DNA of 64,000 bases from an uncultured virus (IMG/VR IMGVR_UViG_3300030331_001986). Taxonomy: Duplodnaviria > Heunggongvirae > Uroviricota > Caudoviricetes. The notes beneath the pieces are model-generated. The model was given only the letters and a program-made list of their open reading frames with translations, did no database searches and had not been told where the DNA came from. Shown piece by piece: positions 47,375 to 56,254 of this stretch; within the stretch, counting starts at the first letter, position 1, and the number at the start of each line of letters is the position of its first letter. A program made the position numbers and the translations under genes. The stretch lies in IMG/VR virus record IMGVR_UViG_3300030331_001986; one strand, given 5' to 3'.

Positions 47375-48997
47375 TTAAATTTGGCCCTCCAGCCTTTCAA
47401 CTAGAGCATTTATGTCGCTCCAATCCATTTTAGCGATTTCATCGCCTGATGGAATATTAAGTTCTGCAACTACTTCTTCTTGTTTTCTAATTACAGTTTC
47501 TTTTTCTTCTTTTAATGATTTTAAAAGAGAACTAAATTGTTCTTTTAATTCTGCTACTTCTGCTTTAGCATCATAATTAGCCTTTTCAATTTCTTCTGTT
47601 TTTGCTACCATTTCAGCATCAAATCTTGTTTGGAATTGATTTTTAACTGCTTCATAAGCCGCTTTTTCTAATTGTTCTGCTTTGAATTCTGCATAAGCCT
47701 TTTCTAAGTTCTCTGGAGATAAATCAAGAGTAGATTGGTCTTCAAACTTAGCCATGTAATTACCATCTAATTGAGGATGTGGGTCATCTACATATTCACC
47801 TGCGTTACCTGCTTCTATTTGACCAGTAGCCAAATCAGGTCTTGATTTCTTTTCGGTGTCCATGTATTGTGCATTTTCCATGTCTTCCTTATCCATCTCT
47901 TTGTCCATTTCTTTTGCCATTTCTTTATCCATGTCTTCTTTGTCATGCATCATTCCATGTGCTTTATCTTCCATGTCTTCTTTACCGTACATGGCTTTCT
48001 CTTCATCTTCTTTGTCCATATAATCTTCTTTATTTAAGTTTGACATATCTGTTGCCTCCTTCGTTGAATCAGCGTTTTTCACTATGTTCTTTATATGCTT
48101 TTCTGTAGATTTGTTTAAATTAGCCATTTCTACATCATCATCGTCCATCCCCATTGGCATATCCATTCCACTCATTTTGTCTCTTGCTTCGGAATTATGT
48201 TCTTCTACCATTTCATTTAACTCTCTTCTAGTAAAAATTTGTTCTTCTACTAATCTTCTTAATGTTCTATTATTAGGGTCTATTTTTCCTCTAGTAGTAA
48301 ATATATCTTTTTTAGCAGTATCTTGGACATCTTGTAAAGTTGCTTTTCCTTTTTTATAATTAGTTAATGTTTCTAAAAATTCCATTTTAGATATATTGTT
48401 AATTCTATCTAAAGTATTATTCAATTCATTTAACGCTTTTTCTATTTCATTCACTTTTGCTTCACCCCTTTCCATTTTTAAAATATCAAACTTTGCTTCT
48501 GGATTAATTCCTTTTTCGCAAATTGTAACTTCATGTAATTCTAATTTGGAGATTTCATTGTATTCCCCATACTCTTTATGATTTTTCTTTCTCTTCTCTA
48601 AGGCTTGCCCACCTATACTAAAAGAACGAAGACTACCGTTTCTTATTTCTCGGCCAACTTCTTTTGCTTTTTCGATATCCTCTCTCATTTTAATAACTAC
48701 AAAAAACCCAACATCATCAACATCTGTTTTCCATAGTTTACCGTTTTTATCTCTATATTTAGAAATAACTTCTCCTACCTGAACATTAGAATGATTAGTC
48801 ATTACATTTCTAAATTTAGTAATTTTCATATATTTGTCAACGGCTTCTCTTAAAGCCCCTAAAGTGATTAAATCGTTTTGTTTATCAACCATTTCTATTG
48901 AGGCATATCCTCCAATTACTAAATCATTAGATTTTAAAATACTAAAAGAATCATGCCTTGTAGGGGTAACTGTTTTTAAAATAGAGGTTGCGCTCAT
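47375..48997 (-). CDS. Prohead protease fused to scaffold
   Basis: GYASIEMVDKQND, NHSN, SFSIGG, EVTICEKGINPEA; acidic MDKE-repeat scaffold tail. Confidence 0.9.
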   Translation of the reverse strand: MSATSILKTVTPTRHDSFSILKSNDLVIGGYASIEMVDKQNDLITLGALREAVDKYMKITKFRNVMTNHSNVQVGEVISKYRDKNGKLWKTDVDDVGFFVVIKMREDIEKAKEVGREIRNGSLRSFSIGGQALEKRKKNHKEYGEYNEISKLELHEVTICEKGINPEAKFDILKMERGEAKVNEIEKALNELNNTLDRINNISKMEFLETLTNYKKGKATLQDVQDTAKKDIFTTRGKIDPNNRTLRRLVEEQIFTRRELNEMVEEHNSEARDKMSGMDMPMGMDDDDVEMANLNKSTEKHIKNIVKNADSTKEATDMSNLNKEDYMDKEDEEKAMYGKEDMEDKAHGMMHDKEDMDKEMAKEMDKEMDKEDMENAQYMDTEKKSRPDLATGQIEAGNAGEYVDDPHPQLDGNYMAKFEDQSTLDLSPENLEKAYAEFKAEQLEKAAYEAVKNQFQTRFDAEMVAKTEEIEKANYDAKAEVAELKEQFSSLLKSLKEEKETVIRKQEEVVAELNIPSGDEIAKMDWSDINALVERLEGQI

Positions 48998-49003
48998 TGT
49001 TTA

Positions 49004-49029
49004 GTGCTTTTCTGAATGAACTATATTAA
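49004..49029 (-). promoter_or_regulatory. Candidate (near-leaderless) promoter for the protease-MCP operon
   Basis: TTAATATA-N13-AGCAC about 25 nt upstream of ATG 48997; no SD. Confidence 0.45.
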
Positions 49030-51510
49030 TTATTCCTTCAAAACTAGTTTAGATTTCTTATCCTCTCTAATATCCCAAATACCATCATCTGTTTCTGGAT
49101 TAACTGGTTCCGTTTCAACTCCAGTCCAAGCAAGCCACATATCTTTACCATCGACAGGAATAACTCTTACATGAAATTTAGTTTCAAATTTATTTCCATC
49201 TAAGAAATATTCATGATAACCATGCCTTTGTACTCCTAACTTTACTTTACCAGAATCAATAAGTTTTCCTTTTCTGAATTTATTTTCTACTTGTGCGGGA
49301 AACTTTCCAGATTTACCGAATAAACTAAAAATATCATCTTCTTCCTCTATATCTATTTCCCAACCAATAAGTTCTTCATCTAATTTAAACATAATAGATA
49401 AATTATCATTATCCTTACGATAGACTTTAAACTCTCCCTCTCTATATTTTTTAGGAGTTTCATATTTTTCTATCATATCAAACCTAGCATGAAACATATC
49501 ATTTTCTTTATCATGAGTAATACTTTCTTGATTCTTTAACCAATCTTTTAATTTTTTAGTTTTACCTCCAAATAAATTATTAAATTCTTTTGAGTATTTT
49601 TCAGAAACAAATTCCTCTACTTTTCCATAAGGTTTACCATCTCTATCTTTCATTAAGAAATTTTTAATTGCCACTCTAAGTTTAGATTTTTGAGTTTTTA
49701 ACATATTTTCTACTTCTTTTTTCCATATGTCGATATCTAACATTGCATTCTTCGCCATTAAATTATTTTCTTCAAAACCATAAAAAGTAAATCCATCTAA
49801 ATCAGATTTAAAGATAAGGGTGGCTTCACCATGTATAGTATCAGTTATTGAATATCCCTTTTCTAACGCTTTAATATCATAATTTAGAGATTTCTTAGTG
49901 TCTTGAGATAAAAAATCTAAAGTAATTAATTTCTCTGGAAGTTCCACTTCAGGTATTTCTATTACTTTAGCGGATAATACTTTATATCCACCTTCTTTGT
50001 CTTTTTTAACTTCATCAATTTTAACTCTAATAATTTTACCAATATCAACATCTATTTTTGTATTCAACGATTTACCGACATCTAAGTATTTTCTATCATC
50101 TATTTCTTTAAAGTTTTTAAAATCATCTTCATCGGTTAAAGGTCCAGCACCTAAAGTATAACTAAATAGATTAGATTTAGTAGTTTTCTTATCTAATACT
50201 ATTAAATCTAAATCAACAAATTTTTTCCATTTAACCCATTTAGGATTTTTCTTAGTTCCTATAAAATAAGTAGAAGTTATATCTTTTATGACAACCCCTT
50301 CAGCAGTAGGTATTTTCATAATTTCTTCTGAATATTCTCCCACTTCTTTTATAGAATCAGCATAGCGAGTATCTTTTTTAGAAGGAAATGCTAACATCTC
50401 ATCTGAATGAGGTGAATAGTTATTGAATAATGTTGTAAGTCTCTCTGACAATTCAGTATCTAATAATTCATCACCCTCATGCCTCATTATATCAAAAACA
50501 TGCGCTCTTAATGTTGTATCTGATTTCTTATTCTTAAAAATTCTAGCAACAACCTCTGCTCTATGTAGTGGTTCTTCACCATCAAATAACATTAGTTCAC
50601 CGTCCAAAATACAATCACCAAAATGTTTTGCCCTCATTACTTTAACTTGAGCAGGGCATTTATCTGTAATATCTTTACCATTAAAAGAAAATATTTTTAC
50701 CCTGTTATCTATCTTATGAATTTGTATTCTCATCCCATCATATTTTTCTTGGACTACCCATTTACCAGTGAATCCTATCAATTCTTCTAAATCGCTTATT
50801 TCAAAAATTCTATACATTGGCTTGTTAGGAATTAAGAAATGAGATTCTGATTTTTCTGCTTTTTTAAAACTAACAAGGTTATCCCAAGTAGATTTACTGT
50901 GATGAGCAATATAAATTTTTTCTAATAAGTTTTCAGCCGCTTTAAATTTACCTTCTATTCTTTTAGTATCTTTACCATCACCGTAATGTTCTACAATAAA
51001 ATCAACTACATCTTTCGGTGCTAAATTTAATCCTCTATAACCTTCAGTAATAGTATCGGGTTCTAAATCGTTTTTTTCCCACGCTTCTTTACTAAATGAT
51101 TTATCATGATTCCTAATGGCCCAGTGAATAAACTTGGCTAACAATACTTCACTATTCATTAGTTTATCTAATACTTCTTCCCCATATTTATTGGCAAATG
51201 GGTCTTTAACTAATTCAGAAGAATATCTTAATTCTTTTATTTGTTCATATATTCTTCTAGCGTCATCACTCTCTACATTTTCTGCTTCATTAGAAAATAA
51301 TTCTTTTTCTGTTATAGTTCGTTTAATTGCTTGTGCAAAATCATCTATGTCGTCCCATTGTTTTCTAAGTGTTTTAATTTCACTTAACCATTTTTTACCA
51401 TAGGTTTTCTTATCCGATAAAGCAGATAAGTATGACATTCTCATTTTTTCAAAAAACTGAATTACCCTTATGGTTAAAGAGTCTTTATCTTTTTGAAATA
51501 AGAGAGGCAC
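49030..51510 (-). CDS. Second ATP-dependent DNA ligase with N-terminal helical and C-terminal extra domains
   Basis: QEKYDGMR, ILDGEL, HVFDI, EGVVIK, WVKWKK, OB domain. Confidence 0.88.
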   Translation of the reverse strand: MPLLFQKDKDSLTIRVIQFFEKMRMSYLSALSDKKTYGKKWLSEIKTLRKQWDDIDDFAQAIKRTITEKELFSNEAENVESDDARRIYEQIKELRYSSELVKDPFANKYGEEVLDKLMNSEVLLAKFIHWAIRNHDKSFSKEAWEKNDLEPDTITEGYRGLNLAPKDVVDFIVEHYGDGKDTKRIEGKFKAAENLLEKIYIAHHSKSTWDNLVSFKKAEKSESHFLIPNKPMYRIFEISDLEELIGFTGKWVVQEKYDGMRIQIHKIDNRVKIFSFNGKDITDKCPAQVKVMRAKHFGDCILDGELMLFDGEEPLHRAEVVARIFKNKKSDTTLRAHVFDIMRHEGDELLDTELSERLTTLFNNYSPHSDEMLAFPSKKDTRYADSIKEVGEYSEEIMKIPTAEGVVIKDITSTYFIGTKKNPKWVKWKKFVDLDLIVLDKKTTKSNLFSYTLGAGPLTDEDDFKNFKEIDDRKYLDVGKSLNTKIDVDIGKIIRVKIDEVKKDKEGGYKVLSAKVIEIPEVELPEKLITLDFLSQDTKKSLNYDIKALEKGYSITDTIHGEATLIFKSDLDGFTFYGFEENNLMAKNAMLDIDIWKKEVENMLKTQKSKLRVAIKNFLMKDRDGKPYGKVEEFVSEKYSKEFNNLFGGKTKKLKDWLKNQESITHDKENDMFHARFDMIEKYETPKKYREGEFKVYRKDNDNLSIMFKLDEELIGWEIDIEEEDDIFSLFGKSGKFPAQVENKFRKGKLIDSGKVKLGVQRHGYHEYFLDGNKFETKFHVRVIPVDGKDMWLAWTGVETEPVNPETDDGIWDIREDKKSKLVLKE

Positions 51511-51520
51511 ACGTAATCAC

Positions 51521-51715
51521 CTACTTTTTCTTATTAGCACCTGCGTAAACTCTTTCTCCAGCCCTTAAATCTTGTCCTTTTGCTTCTTCAGAAAGATGCC
51601 CAACGCCTAATTCTTTAGGTTTTGCCTTTTCACCTTTAGTTCTTTTCAATTTCATTTCTTCGCCGATAACGAATTTCTTTAGTTCTTCCATGTATTCTTG
51701 TGTGTATCTACTCAT
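51521..51715 (-). CDS. Small hypothetical protein
   Basis: ORF with GGTGA SD. Confidence 0.6.
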   Translation of the reverse strand: MSRYTQEYMEELKKFVIGEEMKLKRTKGEKAKPKELGVGHLSEEAKGQDLRAGERVYAGANKKK

Positions 51716-51724
51716 TTTATTCAC

Positions 51725-52069
51725 CTATCGTGTAATTACTATTTTACCATAATCAGGTCGATTATTAACTTTATATCCTTCTTTCTCATATATTTCTGCT
51801 ATTGTATTAAAAACAAGTTTTTGATTACCACCTAATTCTTTAATAGTCGCTTCATTGATTTCAAAAATATTACCTCTCATACCAGTGCGACTACTAAGGA
51901 GAACCTCCAAATTCACAGGTGATTGTGGTGGTAAATTACGAGTATATTCTGTAAAGGCAGGTTCTATCTTATTCTTTTCAAAATCAATAATTTTTTGTTT
52001 GGCCCCCGTATCTCTTTCTTCTATAACCGACATTGGCATAGGTGCTTTCAAAACTTCTTTCCAACTCAT
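51725..52069 (-). CDS. Hypothetical protein with MSWKEVLK leader
   Basis: ATG 52069. Confidence 0.7.
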   Translation of the reverse strand: MSWKEVLKAPMPMSVIEERDTGAKQKIIDFEKNKIEPAFTEYTRNLPPQSPVNLEVLLSSRTGMRGNIFEINEATIKELGGNQKLVFNTIAEIYEKEGYKVNNRPDYGKIVITR

Positions 52070-52070
52070 T

Positions 52071-52307
52071 TTAATTACCACCTAATCTGTCTACTAAATT
52101 GTTTATATCATCCCAACTCATCTTAGCAATTGTATCTGAATCTGGAACATCTGAATGTGTTTTCATTGCTGGAACTGGTGTGTTAGTTGTAACCATTCCT
52201 GATTTCATCAAAAGATTATCATTATTGTAAACTGTCTTTTCAATCTCTTTTATTCTACTTACTAATTCTTTTAGTAAGTCCATCATTTCATTATTTTCTT
52301 CTGTCAT
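52071..52307 (-). CDS. Mini-scaffold-like protein
   Basis: C-terminus VPDSDTIAKMSWDDINNLVDRL matches the scaffold's IPSGDEIAKMDWSDINALVERL. Confidence 0.7.
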   Translation of the reverse strand: MTEENNEMMDLLKELVSRIKEIEKTVYNNDNLLMKSGMVTTNTPVPAMKTHSDVPDSDTIAKMSWDDINNLVDRLGGN

Positions 52308-52645
52308 TACTCATCATCCCTTAAACTACCAGCACTCTTTGGATATACTATTTTTCTCACCTGTCGATACAGTTGTTCATACTGCTTACGGAGTTTGCTC
52401 GCAGTAGCGACCATATCAACGTTTTGCTCATTAATAGATTTCATTCGCTTTTTCATCTTATTATCATCTTTAATCAAATCAAGTTCTTCTAACATACCAA
52501 TTAAATCGCCTAACTGTGTAAAGTCTTGGCCGAAATACTCTGTAGGTTCTGCCGCTTGAAGCGTTTTCTTTAACCTCTTTTTCATTTTAGAATCTAAAGC
52601 GTTAAGAATTTTATTTTCTTCTTTTAATATATCTTCCCATGTCAT
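52307..52645 (-). CDS. Hypothetical protein with MTWEDILK leader
   Basis: 112-aa ORF. Confidence 0.7.
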   Translation of the reverse strand: MTWEDILKEENKILNALDSKMKKRLKKTLQAAEPTEYFGQDFTQLGDLIGMLEELDLIKDDNKMKKRMKSINEQNVDMVATASKLRKQYEQLYRQVRKIVYPKSAGSLRDDE

Positions 52646-54157
52646 TTAATCATTCTCCATTTGTCCTTCTAATTCCGTTCTATCCGTAGAAACTATAACT
52701 TTATTACCAAAGGTATTCCTAAAATTATCAAGAAATTCATTATCATCGAATCCTTCTAATGGTTCTGTAAAATCAAAAATACCAGTAGGTAATATTCCAT
52801 CTAATCTTTCCGCCGCTTTAAGATATCTAACATTATCAAATTCTTGATTTAAATAATTTTTAATATTTGTTTTTTCTTCTTCCCAGTCTAAATTATTATT
52901 TGCTAGTGTTACTCTTACAGGTATCCTTTGTAATTGTAATAAGGCCATCAATTCTCCTTCTTGTAGTTCTCTTACTAAAGCCCTATAATCGTTCAAAAAC
53001 TTTTTTCTATTTTCTTTTGAGCGTTCCAAAACAACTCCCCTTTTTTGCTCAATAGCATATAACAAAGCATCTAATAAAGTTACACTGGGTCTTGAGCCAT
53101 CTAATCTTGGATATTTCTTTTTAGCAGTTAATGTGTTATGTATTTCTTCTTTTAAATCGTTTACTTTCATATTATTTTTAGAAAACAATTTAACCTCAGA
53201 ATCATCTGTATAAAGTTTATTCTCAGTATTTACGCCTACTTGTTCATAGTTGGAATCTAACCAATTCTTTTTAAATGATTTAAAATCTTTACTTCTTTCT
53301 TCCCTGTATTCTTCAAATGGCTTCGTTTTTTGTGATAATCTTTCTAATCCGAATTTTTCTCTTTTTAGTTTTTCGAATTCACTTTTAATTTCCTTTTCAA
53401 AATCATCTCTAATTAATTTATTTAAGGAACTATTTTGGCTACGATTAGCCTCTTTAACATTTAAAGGTTTAAAATAATAACTAGGTTTAGCGGCCTCTTC
53501 CAATTTTTCTATTGCTTTGTTGTTTGGAATCAACTCTAATAACGGGTCTTCTACTTCAGATTCATAAACTAATTTACCTTCAAAATCCAACAAATCTACT
53601 TTTGTTAATAAGCCACTTAACTTTTGTAAATCTTTTAAGTCTTTATCTAATTCTTTATCAACCTCTACTACTTTTTCTTTAGATGCGGAACGCTCCGCTT
53701 CAAACATACCAACGCTCCTTGGCGTTTTTCCTTGTAGTCTTTTATCTTCTATAGATATTAATTGATTTAAACCAGCAATTATTTTTTTTAAATCTCCATA
53801 TTTAGAAGCATCCCACTTAGTCTCTTTCTCTAATAAATTTCTAAAGTTAATAAGATTTTGTTCTCTTGATTCTTCTTCATAACCGTCATTCTCTCTAACG
53901 GTCTCTAATAAAAAAGGAGGATTATCTTTATTCATCCATCTTCCTACTTTAGTTCTTTTACTAGCACCTGCTAATTTTTTAAAAGCCGTTAATGTTTCTT
54001 TACTAAAAACTTCTGAATCTCCAGAATCTAATATAGCATCTACAAAGGTTTTACCAGTGGCTTTGAGGATAGTAGGATAATACTCATGTAATAAAATTTC
54101 AAACATATCTAAAGGATTATTCGTTTTACGAAGATGAGCCTTTAACAATGTTGTCAT
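52646..54157 (-). CDS. Hypothetical charged helical protein
   Basis: 503-aa ORF. Confidence 0.7.
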   Translation of the reverse strand: MTTLLKAHLRKTNNPLDMFEILLHEYYPTILKATGKTFVDAILDSGDSEVFSKETLTAFKKLAGASKRTKVGRWMNKDNPPFLLETVRENDGYEEESREQNLINFRNLLEKETKWDASKYGDLKKIIAGLNQLISIEDKRLQGKTPRSVGMFEAERSASKEKVVEVDKELDKDLKDLQKLSGLLTKVDLLDFEGKLVYESEVEDPLLELIPNNKAIEKLEEAAKPSYYFKPLNVKEANRSQNSSLNKLIRDDFEKEIKSEFEKLKREKFGLERLSQKTKPFEEYREERSKDFKSFKKNWLDSNYEQVGVNTENKLYTDDSEVKLFSKNNMKVNDLKEEIHNTLTAKKKYPRLDGSRPSVTLLDALLYAIEQKRGVVLERSKENRKKFLNDYRALVRELQEGELMALLQLQRIPVRVTLANNNLDWEEEKTNIKNYLNQEFDNVRYLKAAERLDGILPTGIFDFTEPLEGFDDNEFLDNFRNTFGNKVIVSTDRTELEGQMEND

Positions 54158-54166
54158 TTAAATCAC

Positions 54167-54388
54167 TTAAAAAAATGGTATATTTTCTTTCTTTTGTTTT
54201 TTTCTTTTAGGTAAATGAATTACATTAGGTACGCTATTAGTTTTAGGTTCAGGTCTATCCTTTTCTTTCTTTAATTGCATTGGCATATAATTTGGTTTAG
54301 GTGCTTTAATTTTTTCTTGTTGTGCTAAAATTCTCTCAGCCCTAACTAATTCTTTTCTCATTTTTGTCGCTTCTTCTCTTGTTGTCAT
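54167..54388 (-). CDS. Small basic protein
   Basis: 73-aa ORF. Confidence 0.6.
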   Translation of the reverse strand: MTTREEATKMRKELVRAERILAQQEKIKAPKPNYMPMQLKKEKDRPEPKTNSVPNVIHLPKRKKQKKENIPFF

Positions 54389-54392
54389 ATTA

Positions 54393-54605
54393 TCATCTCA
54401 CTGGTTGTTCCCAAATAACAGGGCCATAATCAGTAGCCCTAAAAGTATCTCTTTTCATCATAACTGTAAACTTTCCTTCCTTTTCCCTAATAACATGAGG
54501 AACCGCAAAAGACCACTGAAATGCTAATCTTCTTGCTTTATCATAATCATCGAATGTTTTCCTAGAACCCATCTCTCCTAATTTTAAAACTGAAATCCAA
54601 CTCAT
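54393..54605 (-). CDS. Small protein with MSWISVLK leader
   Basis: 70-aa ORF. Confidence 0.65.
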   Translation of the reverse strand: MSWISVLKLGEMGSRKTFDDYDKARRLAFQWSFAVPHVIREKEGKFTVMMKRDTFRATDYGPVIWEQPVR

Positions 54606-56254
54606 TATATTCCACCTCTTTCAGTTCTTCTATCTACATTATTATTAGCGGCCTCTTTTGGTAAACCTTTACTACGATTAGGTGGCCCTACGCTCATCTT
54701 AGGTTTAGACTTTACTTCAGCGGGCTTTCCCGCCTCAGCCATTGTAGGTCTAGTTCCCGCTTCCATCATTTGTCCTAGTTGTGATTGGTCAATATCAGTT
54801 CCAGCATAAGGGTCAGATTCAATCGGTTTATCTTCTTCCTCTTCTCCGCCCTCCTGTTTTTGTGGTTCTGGTTTACTAAAAATAAACTTGCCATTTTCAT
54901 CCATATCAACTTCAAATCCTAAATTTTTAATTTGACCAGCAATATTGACTTCGATTTCTCTTTTACGCATAACTGCTATTTCATCTTCTTCTTCTGAAGG
55001 AGGTAAAATTAACTTCCAATCAGTTATACCAAATTGTTCAACTATAAACGGAAATACATATTTATTCCAAACATTTTGAGCCATTTCTACTGCACGATTA
55101 GTTACAAGTATTTGCATACCTTCATTGTTTAATCCGCCACTAGCAGAGTTATCCGCCATAAAGATTTTACTTACACCGTAGAAAGCGGCAACCCTATCTC
55201 TTAAATCTTCTTTAACCGAAATGTAATCCATTTCTTTTAAACTATCCATGAACTTAACCCACTCTACAGAACCCCTACCATTCTCTGCTTCTATTCCCAT
55301 AACAGGAATAAAGTGGGCATCTTGCTCCATCTTTTCCTTTACCCCCCTCCAGAAAGTTTTCATTGATTCTATATTTCTAGTTTGAACTGCCAATAATCCT
55401 TTTGGCATTCTTGCTTTTGTATATGCTTGATTAATATAATTCTCCATAGCGATTAAAGTTGTTAAGTGATTCCATAAAGTTATTACAGGACTAGTTCCAT
55501 ATAATCTACTTGGGGAATACTTACTAAAATGAAGTACTTCTCCCTTTATGAAATTTTGCTGATAGCCATGCGCTCTGTTAGTGTAATGAACTGGATAAGT
55601 ATCTCCACCACATTCAGAACATTTTTCATGAGGGTCACTAGTAGTGATTTCTCTATGGTGAATACAAGTATATGTGTCACCTCCCTTATTTCCTTCATCA
55701 TCACAAACAATAGCCATAGTTACTGGGTCTGCTCGATATACTTGTTTAATTTTATGCGCTCTAATGTTACCATTACCATCAATAAAATACTCTTTGACTA
55801 ATACTAAATAAGCATCATCCATTATATTCAAATCGTCTTCTAATTCTTTTAGAACATCAATGAACATTTGTTCTGATTCATTAACATAAGAATGGTTCAT
55901 AAAACTATCAGCGTATTTCTTTTGGTCTTTATTAGGTTTAATGAGATTAGTAGAATTACATTCTGCACATTGTTTTACGGGTTCTTCATGCTCTTTACCA
56001 CAATTTTTACACTTAACAGCAAACTTAGGAGCCCACTCATATCCTCGTCTAAATATTTCATTTTTTAATTGAGTTATACAAGTCCTAAGAATAACTGAAC
56101 TATCCGCAACATGATAGACTATAGGGCCAGTCATCATTAAAGGATGATGTCTTTCTTGTATTCCCATTTGATATACTTCTCTATCAGCAGGGACGGGAGT
56201 TGATTTCCGAAAGAAATTAACAATAGAAAATCTTCTTTTTTCTTCAGGCATCAT
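54605..56254 (-). CDS. Portal protein with zinc-ribbon insertions
   Basis: EVLHFSKY...YGTSPV, MPKGLL, RVAAFYGVS; CKNC...CAEC and CIHH...CSEC. Confidence 0.9.
   Translation of the reverse strand: MMPEEKRRFSIVNFFRKSTPVPADREVYQMGIQERHHPLMMTGPIVYHVADSSVILRTCITQLKNEIFRRGYEWAPKFAVKCKNCGKEHEEPVKQCAECNSTNLIKPNKDQKKYADSFMNHSYVNESEQMFIDVLKELEDDLNIMDDAYLVLVKEYFIDGNGNIRAHKIKQVYRADPVTMAIVCDDEGNKGGDTYTCIHHREITTSDPHEKCSECGGDTYPVHYTNRAHGYQQNFIKGEVLHFSKYSPSRLYGTSPVITLWNHLTTLIAMENYINQAYTKARMPKGLLAVQTRNIESMKTFWRGVKEKMEQDAHFIPVMGIEAENGRGSVEWVKFMDSLKEMDYISVKEDLRDRVAAFYGVSKIFMADNSASGGLNNEGMQILVTNRAVEMAQNVWNKYVFPFIVEQFGITDWKLILPPSEEEDEIAVMRKREIEVNIAGQIKNLGFEVDMDENGKFIFSKPEPQKQEGGEEEEDKPIESDPYAGTDIDQSQLGQMMEAGTRPTMAEAGKPAEVKSKPKMSVGPPNRSKGLPKEAANNNVDRRTERGGI

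Noticed and set aside
47870..48030. Short tandem DNA repeats
   Set aside because: Explained by the MDKE/MAKE low-complexity repeats of the scaffold protein.
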